Assembly (NCBI GenBank): GCA_963694575.1
Contig: CAVOEM010000001.1
Span: forward strand, 1 to 50,694
Source of the DNA: Planctomycetes bacterium UBA1146
GTDB taxonomy: Bacteria; Planctomycetota; UBA8108; UBA1146
Direction: 5' to 3'
DNA length: 50,694 bases
Shown: positions 1 to 10,114 of the stretch, in pieces
Layout of the letters: each line of letters opens with the position of its first letter
Numbering within the stretch: the stretch's first letter is position 1
Program-made: the position numbers and the translations under genes
The notes under the pieces: model-generated
The model's database searches: none
Told to the model about the DNA's origin: nothing
Seen by the model: only the letters and a program-made list of their open reading frames with translations

Positions 1-1297
1 AGATCCCCGGTAGCCCCATCTCCCTGGTAAATGTCAGGTGGTAGCAGAGGGGAAGAGTGATACATGGAAATCCGATCACACCGATCACAGCGGCTGGAAT
101 CGTCTGTCCCGCCCCGCGGAGGATTCCCGCAGCGACCGCTTGTACTCCATCGAAGATCTGAAACCCTGCCGCGATGGGAAGCAGTGCCACCGCGCTGGCC
201 AGCACCCGTGGATCGGTCGAAAAGATTCCTGGCAATGAGGAGTCGAGCCACACGATCATCGATCCCAGGATGGTCATCACCAGGATGGCCAGCCCCAGTG
301 CGGTGATCCCTGCAAGCCGTGCTCGGATCGGGTCGGCGGCACCGAGCAAGTTACCCACTCGGGTGGTCGCTGCACCACTGATGCCCCAGGGGAACATGAA
401 GGTGAAGGAGATGATTTTCAGTACCACGATGTGGGCGGCGATCTGGCTTTCACCGATCCAACCGGCCATCAAGGTGGCGGCCTGAAAGGTCCATACCTCG
501 ACGCCGAAGTGAATTGCCACCGGGATACCCAGGGCCAGCAGTGCTCCCATCGCTCGGGGAGAAAAACTGCGGCGACTCCACGGGACCCAGCCCGCCGAGA
601 AATATTTTCCGCGGGCGGCGAGGCCGATCAGCATCAGCAGCATCAGGCAGCGACTGGCGCCGGTGGCATATCCGGCGCCTTCGATCCCCATGGCTGGGAT
701 GCCCCAACCGCCGAAGATGAACAATTCGTTGAATGCGACATTGGCGAAGTTGGCGGCGATCACCGTGATGACCATCGGAGCGAGGTGGCCTCGGCCCTGG
801 AGGTATTGCTTCAGCACAAAGAAACCGAGAAATGCCGGGATACTGAAGATCTGGGCGTGAGAATACTGGGCGGCATTTCGACTCAGTGATTCAGTCTGGC
901 CGAGGATCAACAGCACCTCCTCGGAGAACTGCCAGCTCAGTACGAGCAGTGGTAGCAGCCCCAAGGCCAGCAAGAAACCACGCTGGAGGGTGCGGCCCAG
1001 AGCGACAGGATCCCTCGCACCTTGTGCCTGAGTGACCAGTGGGTCGATTCCCTGGATCAGCCCTTGAGCGATGACCAGAGTGCCGAAGACCCAGCTATCT
1101 CCCAGCGCGACAGAAGCCAGGGAGGTGGTCCCCAGCCTGCCGATCATCCACATATCCACCAGTCCCATCACCATCATCCCGACCTGGGTGAAGACGATCG
1201 GAATCGCCAGTGAAATCAGCGGAGAGATCTCGGATCGGGACAACGGTCGATTCCAATCGAGTTGCGGTGTCAGGAATTGTCTACCTAGCCTCAGCAA
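1..1297 (-). CDS. MATE family efflux transporter (C-terminus runs off the window start)
   Basis: Not in the ORF track (no stop in window). Hand translation of the minus strand is open from about 1321 to position 1: ..LISLAIPIVFTQVGMMVMGLVDMWMIGRLG..RVGNLLGAADPIRARLAG..ITLPLCYHLTFTREMGLPGI. It is hydrophobic and multi-TM throughout, with MATE-type motifs. No ATG precedes TM1; TTG at 1297 is the most plausible start, so the start is uncertain. Confidence 0.75.
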   Translation of the reverse strand, partial: MLRLGRQFLTPQLDWNRPLSRSEISPLISLAIPIVFTQVGMMVMGLVDMWMIGRLGTTSLASVALGDSWVFGTLVIAQGLIQGIDPLVTQAQGARDPVALGRTLQRGFLLALGLLPLLVLSWQFSEEVLLILGQTESLSRNAAQYSHAQIFSIPAFLGFFVLKQYLQGRGHLAPMVITVIAANFANVAFNELFIFGGWGIPAMGIEGAGYATGASRCLMLLMLIGLAARGKYFSAGWVPWSRRSFSPRAMGALLALGIPVAIHFGVEVWTFQAATLMAGWIGESQIAAHIVVLKIISFTFMFPWGISGAATTRVGNLLGAADPIRARLAGITALGLAILVMTILGSMIVWLDSSLPGIFSTDPRVLASAVALLPIAAGFQIFDGVQAVAAGILRGAGQTIPAAVIGVIGFPCITLPLCYHLTFTREMGLPGI

Positions 1298-1371
1298 CTG
1301 GAGGGGGGCAGAATGGCATCGCTACCGGGGAACACCTTGCTGCAAATACACTCGAAGATCCAGGAGGATCG

Positions 1372-4005
1372 ATGATGAAACTGACGACTTCTATGCTCTT
1401 TTTGCTGGCGCTACTGGTTGCCGACGGTCGCCTGCTGGCCACTGATTTTTCCATCGAGGATGATTCAGCAAAGGCGAAGGAAACCACGAGATTCCCCTAC
1501 ACCGGGAGCGATACCTTTGAGGGCAAGATTCCCTCTCCCGATCAATTCTATGGAGTGAAGCTGGGAGATCGATTCACCCCTCACCACGATGTGATGGCGT
1601 ACTGTCGTGAGGTGGCGAGACTCTCTCCTCGGGTCTCGATCGAAAGGTATGGGCACTCCGTGGAGGGGCGAGAACTGGTCCTCCTGATGATTTCTGAACA
1701 GAAAACGATTTCGCGACTCGATCAGATCGAGTCCGACCTCGGATTGCTGGCGGATCCACGAGAGTTGGCGGAGAGGGAGGACCTTTCGCTGGAGGAGTTG
1801 GTGGCCCAACTGCCCGCGGTGGTGTGGCTCTCCTATAACGTGCACGGAGATGAATCCTCCGGAACCGAGGCCGCACTCGCCACGATCCATCAACTGGCGG
1901 ATGGATCGGACCCGGCGATCCGCAGAATTCGAGAGAACTGCCTGGTGATCGTCGATCCTCTGCTCAATCCCGATGGCCGCGAAAGATATCTGCACTGGTA
2001 CCAGCAAAATGGCGCAGTTCCTCCCGATCCCAATCCCGCAGCTCGAGAGCACTCCCCATCTTCACCTTCGGGTCGAAGTAATCACTACCTGTTCGACCTC
2101 AATCGAGACTGGGCCTGGCAGAGTCAGCCGGAGACGCGCGCCAGAATCCCCCAGTACCTGCGGTGGCAGCCGCAGGTCCATGTCGATTTTCATGAGATGA
2201 GTCCCCAGTCGACGTACTTCTTTTTTCCTCCGGAGGAGCCGATCAACTCCAACATTCCGGAGGATCGAGTCGAGTGGAGTCGGAAATTTGGACTCGCCAA
2301 TGCCAAGGCTTTCGATCGATTCACCTGGAGATATTACACCGCGGAGCAATTTGATCTGTTCTATCCCGCCTACGGTGATTCCTGGCCGACTCTCAATGGA
2401 GCCATCGGGATGACCTACGAGCAAGCGGGAGGGGGAAGTGCCGGCCTGGTGTATCGCCGTCGAAATGGCACCTTGTTGACACTCCAGGAACGTCTTCACC
2501 ATCACCATGTTGCAGGCCTGGCGACGGCGGATTGTGCGGCACAAAATCGAGTCCAACTGCTGATTGATTTTCATCGATTTCGGCAGGACACCATCTATGC
2601 GGGACGAGATTCCGACATCTCGCAGTTCATCATCCCGCCTGCCACAGGAGATCGACGACTGTCGTTACTGCGATTGCTGAAGGCCCAGGGGATCGAGATG
2701 GTACAGACCATCGACGAGGTCGTGGTGGAAGGGTTGGTCCATCACGATGGGACCGCTCAGGAGATCCTCAAACTGGCTCCGGGTACGGTGGTGGTCCCAC
2801 TCGATCAACCGCAAGGGCGTCTGGCCAGAACGTTGCTGGAGCCTCATGCCAGTGCCGGAGAAGCATACTTTTACGATGTCGCCGCCTGGTCGCTGCCGAT
2901 GGCATTTGGAGTCGAGACGCTGATCGCAAGCCAGCCCATCTCCGGCATCCTGATCCCACTGGGACCGATCGAGGACCCGGTCGGACGGGTCGAGCAGCAA
3001 GCCGGGGTCGCCTACCTCCATCGCTGGGAGGGGGTGTCCTCTGCCAAGGCACTGCGAGCGATTCAGAAGGGTGGCGAGCGGGTCGACTTGATCACCGAGG
3101 CGATCCAGATTCAGGGCCAGGATTTTCCGGCGGGAACCTTGGTCGTGAGAGTTTCGTCACCCGACACTCATGCTCTGGTCGAGCAGGTCGCGCGAGATAC
3201 GGGAACGGTGTTCCACGGCACCGCGAGTGGCTGGACCGACCAGGGGCCCGACCTTGGTTCTGGCACCTTCCCCGAACTGGCCCACGCTCGGATCGCGGTG
3301 CTGGGGCCCGATTCAGTCTCGAGTCTTTCCTACGGTGCGGTGTGGAGTTTTCTCGAACAGGAGATGGGCATCGAGTTCACGACCGTTTCCGCAGATCGAC
3401 TCTCTCGATCCCTCGACCTCATGGATGTGCTGGTGATTCCATCGGGTGTGAGGGGATCGTCACTGGGGGACCGCACCAAAAAGGAGCTGGCGCAGTGGGT
3501 TCGAGGCGGAGGCGTCGTGCTGGCGCTGGGTAGTAGCGCGTTTCAGATGGGAGAGTCCGGCATCGACCTGGTCTCCCAGCAGATTCGAAAAGCGGAGGAG
3601 CCGGAGGAGCAGCCGAAGAAACGGCGCACTCGAGCGGATCTTCGTGAAGAACGTCGACAGCAACAAGTGCCCGGCAACATCGTCTCGGTCGACCTGGATC
3701 CTGAGCACCCACTCTCCTTTGGTCAGCCGCCGAGGATCTACGGGTTCATCGGCAGTGCGAAGATCTTTGAACTGTCGGGAGGGGCTAGCGATGTGGGGGT
3801 GCTGCGGGAAGAGGATCCTGTGGTGAGTGGCTTCATCTCCGATGAGAACCAGCAAGCCCTCGCGGGAGGAGTGTGGCTGGTGGAGCAGGGAGTGGGACGT
3901 GGCAGGGTGGTACTATTTGCCGGAGATCCGTTGTTTCGATCGTTCTGGCGCGGAACTGCGGACCTGTTCCTGAACGGATTACTGCTGCTAGCAGAAGAAT
4001 CCTGA
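1372..4005 (+). CDS. M14 family zinc metallocarboxypeptidase, secreted, long C-terminal extension
   Basis: ORF 1210..4005. Internal ATG at 1372 is preceded by AGGAGG (1362-1367) and followed by signal peptide MMKLTTSMLFLLALLVADG. M14 motifs are present: YNVHGDESSG (HxxE zinc site), NPDGRE, FDLNRDW, VHVDFHEM. Confidence 0.9.
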   Translation: MMKLTTSMLFLLALLVADGRLLATDFSIEDDSAKAKETTRFPYTGSDTFEGKIPSPDQFYGVKLGDRFTPHHDVMAYCREVARLSPRVSIERYGHSVEGRELVLLMISEQKTISRLDQIESDLGLLADPRELAEREDLSLEELVAQLPAVVWLSYNVHGDESSGTEAALATIHQLADGSDPAIRRIRENCLVIVDPLLNPDGRERYLHWYQQNGAVPPDPNPAAREHSPSSPSGRSNHYLFDLNRDWAWQSQPETRARIPQYLRWQPQVHVDFHEMSPQSTYFFFPPEEPINSNIPEDRVEWSRKFGLANAKAFDRFTWRYYTAEQFDLFYPAYGDSWPTLNGAIGMTYEQAGGGSAGLVYRRRNGTLLTLQERLHHHHVAGLATADCAAQNRVQLLIDFHRFRQDTIYAGRDSDISQFIIPPATGDRRLSLLRLLKAQGIEMVQTIDEVVVEGLVHHDGTAQEILKLAPGTVVVPLDQPQGRLARTLLEPHASAGEAYFYDVAAWSLPMAFGVETLIASQPISGILIPLGPIEDPVGRVEQQAGVAYLHRWEGVSSAKALRAIQKGGERVDLITEAIQIQGQDFPAGTLVVRVSSPDTHALVEQVARDTGTVFHGTASGWTDQGPDLGSGTFPELAHARIAVLGPDSVSSLSYGAVWSFLEQEMGIEFTTVSADRLSRSLDLMDVLVIPSGVRGSSLGDRTKKELAQWVRGGGVVLALGSSAFQMGESGIDLVSQQIRKAEEPEEQPKKRRTRADLREERRQQQVPGNIVSVDLDPEHPLSFGQPPRIYGFIGSAKIFELSGGASDVGVLREEDPVVSGFISDENQQALAGGVWLVEQGVGRGRVVLFAGDPLFRSFWRGTADLFLNGLLLLAEES

Positions 4006-4080
4006 AAATGTACTTCAGATCGAGGCTCCGAAGGTCGATAGGGCAGATGAGAACTGAATTCCCTGACCTTCGGAGGATCG

Positions 4081-4620
4081 ATGACCCAACAAGAGCAGAA
4101 TCGGCAAGCCTCTGGGGTGGATAACCCCCTCTCCCCGGAAGTAGTGATCCGCAAGATACGCTTTCTGATCGACGCCCATCATGAAACGGTTCCTGGTCTG
4201 GCTCGTGGAATCGGTGTGTTACCCAATACCATCCAGGATGTGCTCGATGGACAGGCCTTTCCCAGCCGTGCCCTGGTACGCCGTATCGCCGAGCGTTTCT
4301 CGCTGCCGGTGGAGTTCTTCAGCACCGAGGTCGGGAGCCACTCCGAGTCGAAAGCGACCGGTTCGGGCCACCGAACCGCACGTAAATCGCCGCAGAAATC
4401 TGCCAGCCCACGCAGTCCCAAGGGTGCCCGATCGACCAAGGCCGCAGCAAAAGTTCCAGCTACTGCCAAGCGGGATGCACGAGCCCAGGACAAAGTGGCG
4501 GCTCCTGGAGCGGCGGTTCTGCAGCAGGCACTGATCGAACTGTTGATCCAGAAGGGCTTGATCAGCGCCGATGAGTGGAATGCCAGGGTGCGTCTGGTGT
4601 CGAGGCGAAGCGCGACCTAG
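4081..4620 (+). CDS. XRE-type helix-turn-helix domain protein with basic low-complexity linker
   Basis: The N-terminus (..ETVPGLARGIGVLPNTIQDVLDGQAFPSRALVRRIAERFSLPVEFF) fits an HTH_XRE pattern. The middle is a Lys/Arg/Ser/Ala-rich linker. No competing ORF. Confidence 0.6.
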   Translation: MTQQEQNRQASGVDNPLSPEVVIRKIRFLIDAHHETVPGLARGIGVLPNTIQDVLDGQAFPSRALVRRIAERFSLPVEFFSTEVGSHSESKATGSGHRTARKSPQKSASPRSPKGARSTKAAAKVPATAKRDARAQDKVAAPGAAVLQQALIELLIQKGLISADEWNARVRLVSRRSAT

Positions 4621-4675
4621 CGCGGAACCCGGCGAGTGCGGAATATTGCGAGTGCGGAACTAGGCTAGGTACTGG

Positions 4676-5977
4676 CTAGCGACAGGGGATCGGCGCGGCG
4701 GGTGCGATAGTCGGTGCGCCAGAGGTGATGGAGGCCGCCTGGTCCTCCCAACCACTTCTTCCCATCTTGGAGAAAGCGACCGCTTTCCCGCCCTCGACAC
4801 CCGGCTGGTCAAAGGGATTCACCTGCAGGATGGCCGCCGCCATCAGCGTGGCCATCTCCCAGGTCAGCATCAGTGCGCCGAGGTGCTCTGCGTCGAGAGC
4901 ATCGAGGGTCATCGTCGAGACCGGTCGTCCGGCGGATCCGAGAGCGGCCACGGTGCCTTCCCGCTCGGCACGATGTAATTGCCCGAGGCTTTTCCCCGCG
5001 AGGTACTGAAGATCCTCATGAAGCGCCGCAGTGGTCTGGTCGAGGATCGGATCCGCAGTGTCGATTTCGGTATCGAGTACCAGATACTGCTTGTCGTCGG
5101 GACCTTCGACAAACAACTGCACCAACGAATGCTGGTCGGTGACTCCTCGAGCCACCAGCGGCGTCGATCCGGTCCAGACCTCGGCCCCCGACAGATTGTG
5201 ACGTTTGCCGAGACTCTCCGCCCAGAGTTGTGCGAACCAGTCGCCGAAGGTACTCAGGCGATCTCGATAACTGAACATCACTACCGTCTGGCGTGATTCC
5301 TGATGGGCGGACCAGCCGCTGATCCAGCGCACCAATCCATGGTCCTCCTCGGCCTGTTGAAGATCGCTCAATACAGCCTGAGCCCCGCGCCGTATCCCCT
5401 CGACATCGATTCCGCAACAGAGCGCAGGTAACCAGCCGACAGCGGTCATGACCGAAAATCGACCTCCCACATCGGAGGGGACCGGAAGCGATCGCCAACC
5501 ACGAGCGGTGGCGAGTTCGCGCAGTGCCCCGCGATCGGGATCGGTGATGGCGATGATCTTGTCATCCGCAGTGATCCCGGCATCTTCGAGGGCGCGATAG
5601 ACGCGAAGAAGTTGCGCAGCGGTCTCTGCAGTGCCGCCCGATTTCGAGATGATCAGTACCGTGGTGTGAGCGAGGTCGAGCCGATCGAGTGTCCGATCGA
5701 CACCTTCAGGATCGATGTTATCGAGCACCGTCAGGCGGGTATCGCCAGGGACCAGAGCGTCCACCAGAACTCTGGCACCGAGGGCAGAGCCACCGATTCC
5801 TAGCAGCAAGATCGAGTCCTCCTGCGGGATCGACGCTGCGACTTGCTCGACCAGAGGAATCGCTCCGTCGTCCTCGATGGCCCCGATGAACCCCGGTGGA
5901 TCCGCCAGGATCTGCTGCAAGATCTCCACAGCCGAGGAGCAGTCCGCTCCCGTCACCGGCGACCATGAGATGCTCAA
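4676..5977 (-). CDS. pgi: glucose-6-phosphate isomerase
   Basis: 433 aa with SIS/PGI motifs LLGIGGSALGARVL and ISKSGGTAETAAQ, plus the C-terminal PGI region. ATGA overlap with the upstream aminotransferase gene. Confidence 0.9.
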   Translation of the reverse strand: MSISWSPVTGADCSSAVEILQQILADPPGFIGAIEDDGAIPLVEQVAASIPQEDSILLLGIGGSALGARVLVDALVPGDTRLTVLDNIDPEGVDRTLDRLDLAHTTVLIISKSGGTAETAAQLLRVYRALEDAGITADDKIIAITDPDRGALRELATARGWRSLPVPSDVGGRFSVMTAVGWLPALCCGIDVEGIRRGAQAVLSDLQQAEEDHGLVRWISGWSAHQESRQTVVMFSYRDRLSTFGDWFAQLWAESLGKRHNLSGAEVWTGSTPLVARGVTDQHSLVQLFVEGPDDKQYLVLDTEIDTADPILDQTTAALHEDLQYLAGKSLGQLHRAEREGTVAALGSAGRPVSTMTLDALDAEHLGALMLTWEMATLMAAAILQVNPFDQPGVEGGKAVAFSKMGRSGWEDQAASITSGAPTIAPAAPIPCR

Positions 5978-7179
5978 TCGAGGGTCCTCTCCTCAAGAGA
6001 AGGACACTTTTCCGCCAGCCGTTGCCACGCCGGGAGGGACTTCTGCACCACTGAATGGGGCACCGCGAAGGAGAGACGGAAGTGGCCGGAACGACCGAAT
6101 CCTGTGCCGGGAACCACCAGAATCCGCTCTTCCATCGCTTGCTCGATGAACTGGACATCATCCGGCTCTGGCGTCCGGGGGAAGAGGAAGAAAGCGCCCT
6201 GAGGATGGACGAATTGGAATCCCAGTTGTCCCAGATGCTGGGTGAGTGTCTCTCGATTGAGTTGGTACTCGGTGAGATCAACCGTGGCTTCCTGACAATC
6301 GGCCACCGCTAGTTGCAGGAGGCTCGGTGCGTTGACGAAACCGAGGATACGATTGCAAAAGGTGCAGCCTTCGACCAGCGCTTTCTGATCGGTGGCGGAT
6401 GGATGCACCGCCAGGTAACCGATCCGATCCCCGGCCAGGCCGAGATCCTTGGAATGCGATGTGATGACGATGGTGTCCTGGTAGAGATTTGCGATCTCGG
6501 GGCACTGAACCTCATCATAGGTGACCTTGCGGTACGGCTCATCGGTGATCAGGTAGATCGGATGACCAATCCGGCGCGAAGCGGTTTCCAGGGCTTCACA
6601 GAACGATTTCAGTTCCTGCTCGCTGTAAACCCTGCCGGTCGGATTGTTGGGACTGTTGATGATGACCGCTCGCGTTCGCTCGGTTACCTTCGACAGCAGC
6701 ATCTCCGGATCGGGACAGAAGTCCTCAGTGGTGGGACAGTCGACTGCAACACCACCATGATTCTGGATGTAGAACATATACTCGACGAAGTATGGACTGA
6801 GGATGATGACTTCATCACCGGGGTTGAGCAGCGTCTTGAGGGAGATGTTGAGAGCTCCCCCGGCCCCCACAGTCATCACCACATGAGATCCAGTCCACGG
6901 CAAATCGGTACGCCGGGACAGATCTGCAGCCACTTTCTCCCGAACCTCGGGCCAGCCTGAATTGGGCATGTAACGATGGATCCCTTCTTGAGATCCATTG
7001 ACCAGTTCACGGAGGCGATCGATCAGTAGAGCCGGCGGCGGTAGGTGCGGATTGCCGAGGGTGAAATCGTAGATTTCGTCCGCTCCGTGGATCTGTTTGA
7101 GGCGAGAGCCTTCTTCAAACATCTTTCGGATCCAGGAGGATCGGGAGATCGAATCACCTACGGCTCGAGATATCGGCAA
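5974..7179 (-). CDS. class I/II pyridoxal-phosphate-dependent aminotransferase (aspartate/aromatic type)
   Basis: 401 aa with NSPNNPTG and SHSKDLGLAGDRIGY (PLP lysine) motifs. Co-oriented and overlapping with pgi. Confidence 0.9.
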   Translation of the reverse strand: MPISRAVGDSISRSSWIRKMFEEGSRLKQIHGADEIYDFTLGNPHLPPPALLIDRLRELVNGSQEGIHRYMPNSGWPEVREKVAADLSRRTDLPWTGSHVVMTVGAGGALNISLKTLLNPGDEVIILSPYFVEYMFYIQNHGGVAVDCPTTEDFCPDPEMLLSKVTERTRAVIINSPNNPTGRVYSEQELKSFCEALETASRRIGHPIYLITDEPYRKVTYDEVQCPEIANLYQDTIVITSHSKDLGLAGDRIGYLAVHPSATDQKALVEGCTFCNRILGFVNAPSLLQLAVADCQEATVDLTEYQLNRETLTQHLGQLGFQFVHPQGAFFLFPRTPEPDDVQFIEQAMEERILVVPGTGFGRSGHFRLSFAVPHSVVQKSLPAWQRLAEKCPSLEERTLD

Positions 7180-7656
7180 GGAATGTTCCTCTCGGCGAGT
7201 TCTGAAGATACGGGCTGAATCGTCGCAAATGGTTAATTTGGGACAACTTGTGCAGGATAGAGTGGGTGCCGGGCGGCGGCAACAGGGGGTAAAAAACTCT
7301 TCCGGCCGCTTTTTTCTGGACTAGGGTCCACAACTTGTCCACAATCCAATCTGCTCGTCTGATACGAGATCTGGGGAATTCCAATACTGGTTCAACACTG
7401 AACAGACTGAATCCCCGATATGGCACAGAGGTGATTCCGCACGTCATCGTGAAGGTGGCAGGAATAAACTCCGAGTGCTGCGGTGTCAACGAGTTTTGAT
7501 TCGTTCCTGAAGACCCGGCCCGGAACATTCCCCAATTTCCCCCTTCTGGGTTGGGTCTCTTTTTCCTCTCTCTGACCTGGTGCGACAGGTGAGAGTGGAG
7601 AAGAGTCCCTCCGGTCTTCCACGCCCCCCGTATCACTGGAAGCGTACCTTCCCAAC

Positions 7657-7692
7657 TCGTTGGATTCTTCGTTGGATTCTTCGTTGGATTTC
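7657..7692. repeat. 12-bp tandem repeat x3 (TCGTTGGATTCT)
   Basis: tcgttggattct tcgttggattct tcgttggatttc, read directly. Lies in the 580-bp non-coding gap 7180-7760. Confidence 0.9.
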
Positions 7693-7760
7693 TCGTGGTG
7701 CTCCCGCTACCGGTCAACTCGCCCAAGGTGACCCCCAGTAAGGGTGATCGGCGGCTTCGA

Positions 7761-8798
7761 TCACGCCCCGATGATGGGGAAGGGATCGCCAGGCTGAGGT
7801 GGAGGGGCTCCGTCGATCCCGAGGGACCTGCAGAGGCTCGCCACTTCACTGACCTGCTGTGAGGTCGTACCCATCGATAATTCGATGACCCGGAGATCAT
7901 CGTCGGCGAAACCACTGAACTGCGGATGAAGATCGAGTTGGCCGTCACCGAGGTTGACCAGCGAGCCGTCGAGCAGATCGCGAAGGTAACAGCCAGCGAC
8001 CCTCGCCGGATCTTCGGCTAGTGGATCGACCGTCTCGCGGCCTTGCAAGATCGCCAGCGATTGCGCCGCAGCGGGATCGGCGATCCAGTGCAACGGAGCT
8101 CCGTGGAAAATCTGGTACAATTCAAGGAATCCGCTGCGGTCGGGCAGTCCGCCGATGCGATCCGATTCACGCAGTGCCATGGAGATGCCCAGCTCGGAAG
8201 CACGCTCGAGCGCCGGGTCGAGACTTCTCAGCAGCGCATCTCGCGACTTCTGTTGGCGATGCTGTGCCGCCAAATCCGGCCGGGTCAGTGCTGCCAACTG
8301 CTGTCGCTGCTGATCGATCCAGCGCACCACCTGTGCTGCGGTTTGCGGATCGTCGGGGGATCGGCTCCGGTCGATCTTCTGCTGCGTCTCGTCGATCACC
8401 TGCTGACATTCGGCGGTCGGGTCGTGCCCCCCTGGATCTGCGGGAGAGAGGATCACCCGTTCCAGCTGGTGGCGATCGGCCAGTTCGAGGGCGTCGAGCA
8501 GAGAAACTTGCGCTGCGAGCCGCTCGGACTGGTCGAGGGCCGCCAGCGAGGGGCAGCAGCGGCGAGGTTGTCGCTGTTTGGCACCGTCGAATGCCCGGCT
8601 GGGACCGGGGCGTGGTGCCTCCAGAGCGGTCACCTGGTGGCCCGCACCGTCGACCTCCTGCACCAGCGCGGCGATCTGTCCGCGCTCAATCTCGGCTCCA
8701 ATCACGATCCCGGGAATTTCGCCATCGAGGAGCCAGCGGACCTGTTCGGCCAGCGAGAGTCGGGAAGAAGGGAGCAGGGCGGTGGAGAGGCTGAGCAA
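7761..8798 (-). CDS. hypothetical protein, possibly xylose-isomerase-like TIM-barrel (sugar phosphate isomerase/epimerase) family
   Basis: 345-aa ORF with coding-like composition. The C-terminal half (ASELGISMALRESD..LHWIADPAAAQ..AGCYLRDL) weakly resembles AP-endonuclease-2/TIM-barrel proteins. The function call is tentative. Confidence 0.6.
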   Translation of the reverse strand: MLSLSTALLPSSRLSLAEQVRWLLDGEIPGIVIGAEIERGQIAALVQEVDGAGHQVTALEAPRPGPSRAFDGAKQRQPRRCCPSLAALDQSERLAAQVSLLDALELADRHQLERVILSPADPGGHDPTAECQQVIDETQQKIDRSRSPDDPQTAAQVVRWIDQQRQQLAALTRPDLAAQHRQQKSRDALLRSLDPALERASELGISMALRESDRIGGLPDRSGFLELYQIFHGAPLHWIADPAAAQSLAILQGRETVDPLAEDPARVAGCYLRDLLDGSLVNLGDGQLDLHPQFSGFADDDLRVIELSMGTTSQQVSEVASLCRSLGIDGAPPPQPGDPFPIIGA

Positions 8799-8939
8799 GG
8801 AGTTCCTTTCTGACGGGTGGATCCTAGCCCCGGAGAGGGCTCAGGCGAAGGGTACTCCCGTTGGACTGGAGACCAAGCCGTGAAGATGTATCCTCAGGTC
8901 TCGGGAGGAGATCCATTGGAACCCAACGATATCTCGAAA

Positions 8940-9563
8940 ATGGAGCCGGATCCCCGGTCGATCCACCAGGAATTGGTTCGTTACCTCGGGGAGAGTCAGC
9001 AGGCGCTGCAAATGATCGATGCGGAAGCGGTCGGGCGCTTCACCGCCAGCGTGATTCGCTGCTGGGATGAAGATCGACAACTTCTGCTCTTTGGAAATGG
9101 CGGCAGTGCAGCGACCGCGACCCACCTGGCGGAGGATCTGGCGACCTATGCGATCCCCTTCTCCGAGCCAAAGCGGCTGCGAGTTCTGTGTCTCAATGAC
9201 AGCCCTTCCATCATCACTGCGCTGGGAAATGACCTCGATTTCGATGCGATCTTTCTGGAACAGGTGCAGCAATGGGCTCGTCCTGGAGATCTGGTCCTGA
9301 CGATGAGCGGATCGGGAAACTCCTCCAACTTGATCGCTGCGATACAAAGAGCCGAGCAACTGGGTTGTGAGACCGCAGCGATGACCGGTTTTGATGGCGG
9401 AGAGTTGAGAGGGCTGGTCGACCATCCGTTACATGTCGAGGTGCACCAGATGCAGCCCGCCCAGGATGCTCACATGGTGATGGCTCACATGATCATTCAC
9501 GCCTTCAGGGTCGCAGTCCGAAATGTACTCGCCCAGCGCACGACGGGATCCTCCGGATCTTGA
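8940..9563 (+). CDS. gmhA: D-sedoheptulose-7-phosphate isomerase (SIS domain)
   Basis: Motifs LLFGNGGSAATATHLAEDL, TMSGSGNSSNLIAAI and QDAHMVMAHMI. ATG at 8940 gives the family-typical length (about 52 aa before GNGGS). The track ORF extends upstream to GTG 8817. Confidence 0.85.
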   Translation: MEPDPRSIHQELVRYLGESQQALQMIDAEAVGRFTASVIRCWDEDRQLLLFGNGGSAATATHLAEDLATYAIPFSEPKRLRVLCLNDSPSIITALGNDLDFDAIFLEQVQQWARPGDLVLTMSGSGNSSNLIAAIQRAEQLGCETAAMTGFDGGELRGLVDHPLHVEVHQMQPAQDAHMVMAHMIIHAFRVAVRNVLAQRTTGSSGS

Positions 9564-10114
9564 GTGGCCAACCGGGACTATTCCTCGATCGAGACGGTGT
9601 CATCAACCAGTACGTCTTCGAGTCGGTGCGTTCAGCGGATCAGTTTCGTTACTACGATGGAACACCGCAGGCGATGCGTTTACTCGGACAACTGGATTGC
9701 CCGATCGTGGTGGTCACCAACCAGTCGGCCATCGGCAGGGGCTGGACCGAGGCCAGCCAGGTCGATGAAATCCATCAACAACTGTGTCAGGATGCGCTCT
9801 CCTGGGGCGCGACCATCTGCTCGGTCGAGTATTGTCCCCATCTACCGGATGCGGGGTGTGCTTGTCGGAAGCCGGGCACGCAGATGTTTGAACGTGCAGC
9901 ACGCGCTCATGAGATCGATCTCGGCAGATCGGTGATGGTGGGGGATTCCCCCTGTGACATGGAAGCGGCAGAGCGACTGGGGATGACCAGAATCCTGGTC
10001 GAGACTGGTCGTGGAGAGACACCCCAGTCCGCCAGCCTCGAGGTCGATGCTCGAGTGGTGGATCTCGAGGCCGCTGCAAGGTGGATCGAGCAACATGGAA
10101 AGTTGAGTGGATGA
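9560..10114 (+). CDS. gmhB: D-glycero-D-manno-heptose 1,7-bisphosphate phosphatase (HAD-IIIA)
   Basis: Motifs LFLDRDGVIN, VVVTNQSAIGRG, CPHLPDAGCACRKP (zinc motif) and VGDSPCDMEAA. TTG start overlaps the gmhA stop (TTGA). Confidence 0.9.
   Translation: MSGQPGLFLDRDGVINQYVFESVRSADQFRYYDGTPQAMRLLGQLDCPIVVVTNQSAIGRGWTEASQVDEIHQQLCQDALSWGATICSVEYCPHLPDAGCACRKPGTQMFERAARAHEIDLGRSVMVGDSPCDMEAAERLGMTRILVETGRGETPQSASLEVDARVVDLEAAARWIEQHGKLSG

Noticed and set aside
1210-1371. N-terminal 54-aa extension of the M14 peptidase ORF
   Set aside because: It overlaps the MATE gene start on the opposite strand. A strong AGGAGG-ATG and a signal peptide occur at 1372.
7154-7948. 264-aa minus ORF bridging the 7180-7760 gap
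   Set aside because: It overlaps both flanking genes. It is low-complexity (NPTKNPTKNPT comes from the 12-bp repeat) and has no plausible fold or start context.
8021-8813. Two plus-strand ORFs of about 256 aa opposite the 7761..8798 gene
   Set aside because: Arg/Gly/Pro-rich antisense shadows. The minus-frame ORF has more protein-like composition and sensible boundaries with its neighbours, although its own function is uncertain.
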